From Bispira polyomma (lineage: Eukaryota): a stretch of DNA of 64,000 nucleotides. Shown one piece after another: positions 53,733 to 64,000 of this stretch. Made by a program: the position numbers and the translations under genes. How positions within the stretch are numbered: position 1 is the stretch's first letter; each line of letters opens with the position of its first letter. The DNA is taken from contig OZ287750.1 in NCBI GenBank assembly GCA_965649765.1, positions 51,274,001-51,338,000 on the forward strand, in the 5' to 3' direction. The notes below the pieces were generated by a model. It saw only the letters and a list, made by a program, of their open reading frames with translations. It made no database searches and was not told the origin of the DNA.

Positions 53733-54330
53733 TTTAATAATTATTCATTTGATATAGCACAGTTATGAATATTACTGTTATCTTATGCGCTTTGACATTA
53801 TTACTCTGGCCTAGGTTCTTCCACTTGTCAACCAATTGTTTGGCCTCAGCTCCCTCAGGAAGCATACTAGCTGTGCTGCCACATACAGCGCACAACAACT
53901 AACATCCATTAGCTGCCATGTAGGTACCCATTCATACCCTAGGTAGAAAGGGACATCATTGTGTAAAGTACCTTCTGTAAGAGGGGGCCGCGGTGGCCCA
54001 GTGGTTAGCAAGCATTCCGCTTCACAATCACGGGTCTCTCCCCTCTGGGTGGCGCGAGTTCGAATCCCGTCGATGCCTATGTGGGAAAGGTAGTAGATCC
54101 TTACTGTGGGCTGCTGGTTTCAGTGCAGAACCTTGACCGACTGTATGCAGTGTTTCCTCCAGCGTTTCTAACTACCCGTCCCAATATAACCTACTAAAAG
54201 GTATTAGAGTGGACGTTAAATATCCAAATTCAAATTCAAAACCTTCTGTAAGGGTACAATCACCAGGTCAACAGTGAGGATCAAACTAGACCCTCAGATC
54301 TTTCAGAACCAAAGTCTGACACTCTAACTG
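53733..54330 (-). mobile_element. SINE family 1, tail type B, split by a family 2 SINE
   Basis: The body matches family 1 on both sides of the insertion, but the 3' tail differs from type A. Confidence 0.8.
53982..54240 (+). mobile_element. tRNA(Leu-like)-derived SINE family 2, well-preserved copy
   Basis: A box TGGCCCAGTGG, B box GAGTTCGAATCCC, (TTCAAA)n tail, and a perfect 12-bp TSD ACCTTCTGTAAG at 53970-53981 and 54241-54252. Confidence 0.9.
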
Positions 54331-54944
54331 TTAAACATAAGAATTGGTAATGCATTATTTAAAAAACAAAACAATTGTTAGCTACACAACCATTACTTAG
54401 TAAGGCTATGTGGACGTGGACAACAGTATTTTTAGTCTGAGCCTAAGTAAGGCTATGTGGATGTAACCTACACCATTTTGTATCACCTAACCAGTCCAAA
54501 CAAACATAAAAAGATATCTTCACTTTAACCACTGAGGACTAAACACTTTGAATGTTTAATCCATTTTTGGTTTTTGTTACAGTAAAGTACTGTTAATTCA
54601 GTCACAAAATATTACAGCCCAAATCCTTGTATTCTGAATTTCAAGTTTATCTATTTTACTCAACGGAATGTATACTATCTAATGCTTAAAACCAGTTAAA
54701 ATAAATTTGCCTTAAATTATTATCTTGGTGTTTAAAATTTCAAAATATGTAGAATTAATTCCACTGCTCTATATTATCTGTCAACATCACATGTTTTGAT
54801 TATTTTTGAAAGAAATGTCACTGGAGTTCAATATTTCAAACAAGTGATGTCTGTCATATGTCAAAGTTAGAGAGGCCTGTGTTTTGTGGAAACATTAACT
54901 GTTACACTAGCCTTGACTAAGGCTTGGGTAGTATCAAACAAAAT

Positions 54945-56260
54945 TATAATAATAATAATAATATACCAGATTTATATAGCGCCCTATTCATTCATGGAAA
55001 TGCTCTAAAGTACTTTACAATATAACATTGAGTGAAAATAAATGTATAATACAGTACAATAAAAACATACAATGTTTGATAAAACAGTACTTGTTTAAAA
55101 TTTAACGACCCTGCTTACAGCTTAGGGTTTCAAGAAGAACAAAAAGCTAAAATTTGTTTTTTCCAAAGTTATAAGCTCTTTGAAAAAGATGTGTTTTAAG
55201 TTGAGACTTGAAGGACCCTATGGTCATAGCATTTCTGACATTTTGTGGCATAATGCAGCTGCAGATTTGTTGAAACATTTGTTGCCATAGGTTGCAGTGT
55301 GTGATTTTGGTAGGACTAGCAGATTTTTTGTTTGGGACTAAGGGATTGTGATGGTTGATATCTTTGCACAAGATCACTAAGGTATGCAGGAGCCAGTCAT
55401 TTTAGTGCCTTATATGTGTAGAGTAAGATCTTGTACCATGGCCTGTACTGTACTGGAAGCCAATGCAAGTTGTTGAGAACTGGCCGATGTTTGGATTCTG
55501 GTAGTAGCATGACTTTGATATGGCATTCACCTGTTTTCCCATTGTTAAGCCCTGGTCAAAAAATAACCCCAGGTTTTTCACTGATGTAGCAGCCTGTATC
55601 CTGCTTAATCCTATATCAAGGTACCGATCAGGCTTTTTCTTGATGTGATGCTTGGGAGTAAGCACAATCACTTCGGTTTTATCTTAATTTAATGTTAGCA
55701 TGTTTACACACATCAATGAACTTATATCCGTAACACATGCTTCCATTTTTGATGCAACATCATTCAAGTGATGACCTGATTTAATGGTAATGTATACCTG
55801 TGTATCATAAGCATAACATTGATATTAGAGGTTATGCTTCTTCACAATTTCACTAACAGGTCTGGTATACATGCAATATTTCTTTGGACCAAGTACAGAT
55901 CCTTGAGGGACTCCAAAAAAAAATAAAGCTTTTTCAGCAGAAATACTATTACCAATTACTATACTCTGCCCCCTGTCACTCAGATATGAGTTTGTCCATG
56001 CCAGTGGCTTTGATCCAATTCCAAATAAGTGCTGAAATAGATCTAGCATAACAAAAATAACCATGGAATTTTGATCAAGAGCTTTTGCGATTTTATGGTG
56101 AACTTTGAGCAAAGAAGTCTCAGTAGAGTGGCGTTGACGATACACTGATTGTAGACTATCTTGCAGCTTATTTTTCTTCGAATGATTATCTAAGCGTTTA
56201 ACTACAACTTTTTCCACAAACTTAGACACAAAGGTAAATTGGAAACTGGACGATAGTTTA
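54945..56260 (-). mobile_element. Decayed LINE (RT domain to 3' tail)
   Basis: QSVYRQRHSTETSLLKV, FGVPQGSVLGPKKYCMYTRP, YAYDTQ, SFKSQLKTHLFQRAY, and a (TAT)n tail at about 54945-54962. Confidence 0.88.
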
Positions 56261-56319
56261 ATATATTAATAAAGTAATATATCAATAAAGTAATAATAAT
56301 AATATATGTTATTACATAG

Positions 56320-56690
56320 CTTAAATACCTGGCTGACAAAGTAAGGATTTTTTGTCCGGAAAAAAGTTACCTGACCGTTCCAAAATTTATCACAGCAGTA
56401 CACAAATCTAAACGTCAGTTTAACAATAGCTTTGCCAATGATGCTCCAACACTTTGGAATGAATTACCTGCCGAAATTCGTTGTGCAATCTCACTCACAT
56501 CCTTTAGAAAAAAACTTAAAACCTACCTATTCGACAAGGCTTTTCCACCATAGCCCTAAATTCACCCGACGTCTCCATAGTGCTGACCCAACGGAAATGC
56601 AAATTAAATAAGGACACTGTCCTGCGCCTTAGAATCCCCTAAGAAGGAGAGATTAGGCGCTATAAAATTTAGATTAGATTAGATTAGATT
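56320..56690 (+). mobile_element. LINE 3' end with (TTAGA)n tail
   Basis: FANDAPTLWNELPAEIRCAISLTSFRKKLKTYLFDKAFPP* followed by a 3'UTR and about four TTAGA units. Confidence 0.85.
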
Positions 56691-57489
56691 GTAAGATTTT
56701 GGGCCTTTGGCAAGACTAAGTTTAAGAACAACAACCTGCCATCTCTGGATACTGGGAGATTGGTGGTATTAGTAATCAGTTCTTGTGTTCTACTACAAGA
56801 TCAGTGTTTTAGAATCTGGTTAACAATTGTGGTTGTAACAGTAACAGTGAGACCATCTGGTCAAGAGAGATAACAATAGAAATAAGCCATCTGTGTATAT
56901 ATGGAGGGGGAGAAAAGATGTAATGACTACACTGCAATGTTATATTGTGGGTGAACAGCAAACAGGATCAAAACTGTGTGTAAAAGCTGGAGAATGTATG
57001 ATTTCTGTGGTTTGTTTTGTTTAAGTGTAAACAAAAACATGAAAGATTTAAATTTGCCTATTTCTTGGAATGACGATATTAATTACAGACAGTTGCATAA
57101 AAACCTACAAAGGGCGAGGAAAACATTAGCCTAGTGTAAGGCTCTTATATGGCAGAAACCATCATAACTGATTTTTTTTAACAATCCTTTTAAATTTAGC
57201 ATATGTCAGAAGACATATGCTTGTCAGCCTTTCGCATGCGATTTGTAACAATTCATGGGAAATAATAGATTAAAAAAGCTAAAAAAAATAATGCTAACTT
57301 TTTAGAACTAACTATAGCCTTAGCAAGGCTAAAATACAGTCAGAATGTTGAGGTTTTGGGATAATGTACATGTTAAAACATGACCACCTGCTCAGTAAAC
57401 CACGTTGTATTGTATTTATTTGTCTTACTGTAATCATGTTCTTTGATAACAAACAGGCCATGTTATTCACAAATGTATTACATTTTAAA

Positions 57490-58073
57490 ATTTTAATTTT
57501 GACAACACTTTAAAAATAATACTTTGTTATGTAGTTCATTGACAAAATTTGCCCAAACTTAGGTTTGTTTTCACTGCAGACTTGCCTTTTTTAAGTTCAT
57601 GAGGTCATACCTATTAGAACTAAAGTGGCCAACTAGACTGAACTACATTAAGCAGATTAGTGGATAAGAAAGTAATACATTTTATTCATTTAGCAGCCCA
57701 ATTCAATAGATGTTTAAAACTGTTAGTTCAAATCTATAGTCATTAATGTCAGGGTATATGGCAAAACTATAGTATTATTTTTTTAAATGTGTCTAAATTA
57801 AATGTCCACGTGTAAATTAAATTTTCAATTCAATAGATAATTAAAAAGGTAGTTGAATTGAAAACAGTAATGTAAGAAGAGTAAAAACATAACATGAATT
57901 AGTTGGTTCTTTACTGAAAAACAATACTGTAATTTAAAAGACGTATATATATATATTTTAATTTTGACAACACTTTAAAAATAATACTTTGTTATTGTTC
58001 ATTGAAACAATTTGCCCAAATTTAGGTTTGTTTTCACTGCAGATTTGCCTTTCTCAAGTTCATGAGGTCATAC
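57490..58073. repeat. Direct repeat of about 120 bp (57490-57610 and 57955-58073)
   Basis: Near-identical ATTTTAATTTTGACAACACTTTAAAAATAATACTTTG...GTTCATGAGGTCATAC copies. Confidence 0.85.
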
Positions 58074-58490
58074 ATATATATATATGTATATATACACAAA
58101 TATTAAGACACTATGTATATGTATATCTACAAAAATATTAAGACACTATAACAACAAATCAAATATTATAAATTATTGGCTTTTAGACACACATAGTTCG
58201 ACAGAAATGTTTAACTTCAGTACATTCAGCCAATTAAATGTGTGATCCCTGAAGTCTAATTGCATGGATCTGATTGGTGTAGACCTATGACAACCCTTGC
58301 ACACATTATACCAGAGATGTTTACAAAAAGGTCATGAGAGAGGTTTTAGTCTTTACTATGGTAACTGCTATGAGACATGACTATACACTTTGGTGAACCA
58401 TTTCCTCAATCTATGCAGCCAACTTTCCCAACACAATTAGTAGTTGTAGAGTCATCGTCAAATTAGTGGATTCTCTAACTATCGACTGCA

Positions 58491-58703
58491 TACTGTAAAA
58501 TAGAACATTTTAGCTGGAACAAAATTTCACTGATTTATTTACATTTAAGAAATTCACTGGAAATTAAATTATGTCGGGGGGGTGGAGGGTGTTAAAAGAA
58601 TACAAATTAAATTGGTTTTACTGGGAATGAATTTTACCTCTCCAAGGTAATTAGCTACATTGGCTAAAATTAAATCCTAGTTAAAATGTCTATTTATACA
58701 GTA
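58491..58703. mobile_element. Tc1/mariner-type MITE
   Basis: TA|CTGTAAAATAGAACATTTTAGCTGGA ... TCCTAGTTAAAATGTCTATTTATACAG|TA; a degenerate relative lies at about 15870-16090. Confidence 0.7.
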
Positions 58704-58989
58704 TGTCTGATAGTGTGTCAGTCTTAAATCTCAGGTGAATTACGTCACTCCTATAAAATACACTTGGTCTCGGTCTAACAGTTTGTATTGTCTGTTTCAT
58801 TTCCTAATGTCACTTAGTCAGTAAAATATGGCTCCTGATTCCTAATATATATATTTATTAGTCCCATGTGATTTCAGCCAACACCAGTAACGACAATTTC
58901 CATAACTAAAGCGAGAGGCTTCAGGATGACCTTTTATCAAAGTTCCAAGCTTCCTTATAGACTACCACACACTGGAGTCAGGTTTTTAT

Positions 58990-59199
58990 TTGAATTTATT
59001 GTTCACTTTCAACAGCTATGGTCATATTAGGACGGGGAGGATTAGAGGTGGGGGAAACCAGTGCTGGACCACTATATACCACCTACCTTCGGCAAGTACC
59101 TGACAAACTTTCTAACATGAAGAAGGAATCAATCCCTAGAGGTAAGAGACCAGTGATTTTAAAGCAGACGCTTATAACCACTAGGCCACCGTGGGCCCC
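58990..59199 (-). mobile_element. SINE family 2-related copy
   Basis: The reverse complement begins GGGGCCCACGGTGGCCTAGTGGTTA...AATCACTGGTCTCTTACCTCT and shares CCCGTCCTAATAT with the 53982 copy. Confidence 0.75.
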
Positions 59200-59421
59200 T
59201 GGACATAGAATCCAATGACAAGACTTCCATTTTAAGTGGTCACCTTGAGCCACTATGCCGCTGCCTGTAGCTGGGAGCCCTAGTATGCAACCGAACCCAG
59301 GTTCTCTACAAATGTGAATGTGTTACCCACTAGTCCACATTAAGGTTAAAATTACTAATATACTCATACTTGTGGATGTGTTTATGAACGTGTAAACTTT
59401 TTGAGCTTAAGTATATTTTAA

Positions 59422-59730
59422 TAATAATAATAATAATAATTATTATTATTATTATTAGCTCATTATCAACATCACTGTTATCTAATGACATTATTAACCC
59501 AGCCTGGGTTTATTAACTTGTCAACCAAGTCTCAGCTTCCTCAGGGAGCATACTAGCCAAGCTGCCACATACAGCGATTTAGACTAACCCCTTTTAGCGG
59601 CTAGGTACCCATTTATACACCTGGGTAGAGAAGGACAGCTTTTATGTAAAGCACCTTGTCTAAGGGTTCAATCTCCAAGCTTGCAGCGAGAATGGAACCT
59701 AGGCTCTCAAGATTCCTGAGATCAAATCAG
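59422..59730 (-). mobile_element. SINE family 1, tail type B, 5' truncated
   Basis: Contains GGTACCCATTTATACACCTGGGTAGAG and GCATACTAGC; the tail ends in (AAT)n(TAT)n. Confidence 0.8.
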
Positions 59731-60244
59731 ATATCCCATTTGTAACACATCTGCTCGGAAACCTGTTTGAAGAATTGCTATTTTTTAAGACTTTGACCCC
59801 CTTGATTAACCTGTACATATCCTGTATCTCTATACACGAATATTGAACTTAAGCCTAGGTCCCACTTTGACGATTTTGATTTGAGATTCCAGTACAATTC
59901 CACCCGAATCCGCCAGCCAAGGTCGTGAAAGATCGAAACTAGCCATAATTATATCAAATCTTTTGCTATGTGTAAGAACACTAGGAATGATTCTAGGATT
60001 CACTGGACAGCTAGGATGCGGACATGTTGGATTTAGGCGTATGAATACATTGTTTAAACAGAACACTAAACCTTGAAGATTTAGAATATTTTTATCTTTA
60101 TTATGAGAACTACTTTCAATATGGCCACACCCTGTCCAGTTTATTGTAGAATTTAGCCGAACACTCTATATAATGTTATTTAACTCGAATGTTTACCTCT
60201 TCTTCCGAAGCTTTCTTTGGGTTGGCATAACCATGTATACCGAG

Positions 60245-62610
60245 GCTTTGAGCAAGACTTGTTAAAATTGAGCTGCTGGCAGCTTGTTACATTGATGTCA
60301 TATATTGAGTCTTTGAGTGATAGTGATGTCATATATTGAGTCTTTGAGTCATAGCAATGTCATATATTTAGTCTTTGAGTCAAAGCGATGTCATATATTT
60401 AGTCTTTGAGTCATAGTGATATAATATATTAAGACTTTGAGTTATAGTGATGTCATATATTGAGTCTTTGAGTTATAGTCATGTTGTAGCTGGCCGAATG
60501 CCGACCTTAGCAGTTTCGAAACGGCCCATGGCAGTTTCGAAACGGCTACCTGTTTATCTTGGCCGTTTTAGGACCAACATTGGTCCTGAAATGGCCTGGC
60601 TGTTTCAGGACCTACCCAAAATTATTTTAAATATTTGTTTCTTCATTGAATATTGACTGATAAGAAAATAAAACAAATCTATAAGCGGAATTAAAGTCAT
60701 ACTTAATTGTATTTGTTTTAAATAATTTTGTTAATGTTTTAAAAAGCACAGTTTTTTTCCTAAAACATAATTTTTATTTACAGTAAAAACATATTCTGAC
60801 ATTAAATTGTAAAAACTTCACAGATATAAACAATTTAAGGTAACAGTACTAGTGTAACTTAATTAATGAGTCGGAAGTTCACCTATTTGAGAATTGGCCC
60901 AGTATTTATTTTTTACCCAATCACTCCATTAATACATTAGTTCTGTATTTTTTGTAATATACATTTAATCTCCTAATAGATATATTTCTTTAATGTCAGC
61001 ACGTAATATTATATTTGTTGTTAAATTCCATTGATAACTGTTAACATAAAATATTTATAAAATATTCAATATTAATTTTTTTAAGTCCTGAAACAGCCAT
61101 GGACGTTTCGAAACTGCCAAGCCATTTCAAAACTTAGCAAAGGCCCGAAACAAGTCTTTGAGACATTATTGTGAAGGGACACTATTCCCGAAACGGCCAA
61201 AGGTCGGAAAACGGCAAGTAACAATGTCATATATTGAGTCTTTGAGTTATAGCTATTGTCATATATTGAAACTTTGAGTCATGGTTATGTCATATATTGA
61301 GTCTTTGAGTCATAGCGATGTCATACATGGAGTCGTTGAGTCATAGTAATGTAATTTATTAAGACTTCGAGTTATAGTGATGTAATACATTGAGACTTTG
61401 AGTAATAGTGATGTCATATATTGAGTATTTGAGTTATAGTTATGTCATATATTGAGAGTTTAAGTTATAGTGATGTAATACATTGAGTAAGACTGGAGTT
61501 ACATTAAGTAGCTGGCAGATTGTTACATCGTATATTGAGTTTTTGAATAAGGCCGGTGTCTACATTAAGTAGCTAGCAGCTTGTTACAATGACCTCATAT
61601 ATTGAGTCTTTGAGTAAGGTTGGAGTCTACATGAAGTAGCTGGCAGCTTGTTACAGTGACTTCGTATATTGAGTCTTTGAGTAAAGCTGGAATCTACATT
61701 AAGTAGCTGGCAGCTTGTTACACTGACTTCGTATATTGAGTCTATGAGTAATACTGGTGTCTACATTAAATACCTGGCAGCTTGTTACAGAGATGTCATA
61801 TACTTTCTTTGCGCAACGCTAATGCTTCCATTAAGAAGGTGAGACCTTGTTATATTGATGGCATGTATTGAGCCTTTGAGTATATAGCGATGTCATATAT
61901 TGAACCTTTGAGTTACCATGATGTTATATATTGAGCCATTGAGGTACAGTGATGTCCTGTATTTATTAAAGTGATGTCATATATTAAGCTTTTGAGCAGG
62001 CTGGTGTCTAAATTAAGCAGATGAGACCTTGGTACAGTGATTTAATATATTGAGCCTTTGAGCAGGCTGGTGTCTACATTAAACATGTGAGACCTTGGTG
62101 CAGTGATGTAATAAATTAAGTCTTTGGGCAAGGCTGGTGTCTACATTAAAAAGATGAGACCTTGGTGCAGTGATGTAATAAATTAAGTCTTTGCACAAGA
62201 CTGGTGTCTACCTTAAACAGATGTGACCTCGGTGCAGTGATGTAATATATTGAGTCTTTGGGCAAGGCTGGTGTCTACATCAAACAGATGAGACGTTGGT
62301 GCAGTGATGTAATTAATTAAGTCTTTGAGCAAGGCTGGTGTCTACATTAAACAGTGCAGTGATTTAATATATTAAGCCTTTGAGCAAGGCTGGTGTCTAC
62401 ATTAAACATTGCAGTGATGTAATATATTGAGTCTTTGAGCAGGCTGATGTCTACATTAAACATGTGAGATCTCGGTGCAGTGATATAAGATATTGAGCCT
62501 TTGGGCAAGGCTGGTGTCTATATCAAACAGATGAGACCTTGGTGCAGTGATGTAATAAATTGATCCTTGAACAAGGCTAATGATTCCAATAAGCAGGTGT
62601 CAGCTGATTA
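60245..62610. repeat. Composite tandem array of 31-bp and 67-bp related units
   Basis: 31-bp unit GATGTCATATATTGAGTCTTTGAGTCATAGT (e.g. 60294, 60325). 67-bp units start at 61558, 61625, 62139, 62206, 62273 and 62340 and contain the same core. Confidence 0.92.
60485..61223. mobile_element. Non-autonomous Ginger-like DNA transposon (739 bp)
   Basis: TGT...ACA termini; imperfect TIR TGTAGCTGGCCGAATGCCGACCTT / TGTTACTTGCCGTTTTCCGACCTT; 4-bp TSD ATGT (60481-60484 and 61224-61227); subterminal GTTTCGAAAC and TCCTGAAA repeats. Confidence 0.8.
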
Positions 62611-62894
62611 CATTGATGTCACAAGGTGGAAGCTGTTCAAAGGCTCGGTTCTGTGTATTCTTTTATTGCCAATTATGATACAGACTATCTTGTCAGGGAG
62701 GCTTGAGTTTCAGTCTGTCTTTTACCTAGATACAGGAGAGATAACACACCTGTATTACCAGCTTGTAGAGCATTCTAGCAATTTGTTTTCTATATCAGAA
62801 GCCAGCCCTGAAAAATACAAACTTTCTTGAGTTATACTTTTTATTTACAAATGTAGGCATCAAAAATAGTCATCGAACACAACATCTTAAAAGA

Positions 62895-63912
62895 CACCTG
62901 AACTTAAGAACTTGGGTTGGCAATAAAGGCCTCGCCCTGGAGTGGATTGCATCATACCCAACAGAAGCCAAAGAATCAAAATCGATGACCATCTGCCTAT
63001 TCCTTTTAATTTTAAGCTTTTCTCCTGGAGATTTGTTTTAGGGCCAAATGTCTTGACTCGATCCAAGATTGGATGAATTTTGCCAAACTCAAACTCAATC
63101 CTGACAAAACAGAATTTATACTAATTGGCACTAAAAGACAGGGATAAACTTAATCCCAGCCAATAAAGTAAAGAACTTGGGTATTACTTTTGACTCCCTC
63201 TTCTCCTTCAACAATCATATATTTCTAATATACGTCGATTTTGCTACCTTTATATTCCCAACCTAAAGAGAATCAGAAAACACCTATCCCGTTAACCTGT
63301 CATAGTCATAGCAAATTCACTCGTCAGCAGTTGGTTGGACTACTGCAATACTCTGCTCCTTGTACTAAAGAAGTACCAGCTACAATGGCTACAGTCAATC
63401 CACAATCACTTGTGCAGATTTGCCTGTCTTGGATCTCGTGTCAGTATGACTCCTTTCCTCAAAAGGCTCCATTAGCTAACTGTCAAGTACCGCTTCATTT
63501 TCAAGATCAGTGTTACTACATACAAAATTATAAGCCTTTGTCAGCCCCAATTATCTTGCCTCATTATTGTCTTTTAGCAGGCTTACCAGGGGAAACAGAA
63601 TTTCAGTCTCTAATACCAGTAAATGGATTGGATCCTATACCATCTATGTTGCAGCACCTACCCTATGGAATAATTTACCAACCAACATAAGATCCCAGGA
63701 AACTCTCTCTGGCTTTAGAAGTAACCTTAAAACCCATCTGTTCACCCTCGCTTACCCTCCATAGATTTCCTTCTCATCCATCTCACCCCCCTGATCACGA
63801 ATTTGCATTGGAAATGGACTATAGTCTAGTCAACTTTGTCAATGATGTTGCGAGTTAGAAGATGCCTTGCATCAATTAGGCACGTTTAAAAATCAATTAT
63901 ATCATAATCATC
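62895..63912 (+). mobile_element. Decayed LINE with internal deletions (same family as 12760-13730)
   Basis: GLALEWIASY..NRSQRIKIDDHL, KLNPDKTEFILIG, AAPTLWNNLPTNIRSQETLSGFRSNLKTHLFTLAYPP*. Confidence 0.87.
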
Positions 63913-64000
63913 TTCCGCTACTTCCGTTATACGTCATATCGATGTCATAATTTACGTAATTATGATGTCATCCCACCTCTGAACCTCATGCCTGCGGCAC

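Noticed and set aside
53983-54076. tRNA gene
   Set aside because: A and B boxes are present but the acceptor and anticodon stems do not pair well. It continues into a SINE body with a tail and TSD.
59830-60240. Possible short-TIR element (TATACACG...CATGTATA)
   Set aside because: The inverted match is too short and has no clear TSD; it cannot be supported without a copy search.

Overview
AT-rich animal (invertebrate) genomic DNA. The SINE and MITE types resemble those of lophotrochozoans/molluscs, but the taxon is inference only. The window holds one protein-coding gene: a + strand PRDM3/16 family member (MECOM/EVI1, PRDM16, Drosophila hamlet, C. elegans egl-43). The predicted CDS is join(25817..25873,29344..29615,30922..31056,31453..33052), 687 aa, with two putative 5'UTR exons, a CCAAT/TATA promoter near 23.1-23.35 kb and a polyA signal at 33938. 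As modelled, the protein has no PR/SET domain and only 4+3 zinc fingers, and the first finger has a rewired recognition helix. The rest is a gene desert of decayed transposons. It includes a four-level nest at 7.2-12.1 kb (Kolobok-like > AcademX remnant > LINE > LINE 3' end), six copies of one tRNA-derived SINE with two alternative tails, a second SINE family (one copy nested with a 12-bp TSD), a Ginger-like element inside a 31/67-bp composite satellite, a 34-bp minisatellite, several MITEs and two assembly gaps. I found no demonstrably new biological system. The best leads are the truncated, PR-less hamlet/EVI1 architecture and the well-preserved TE and satellite histories.
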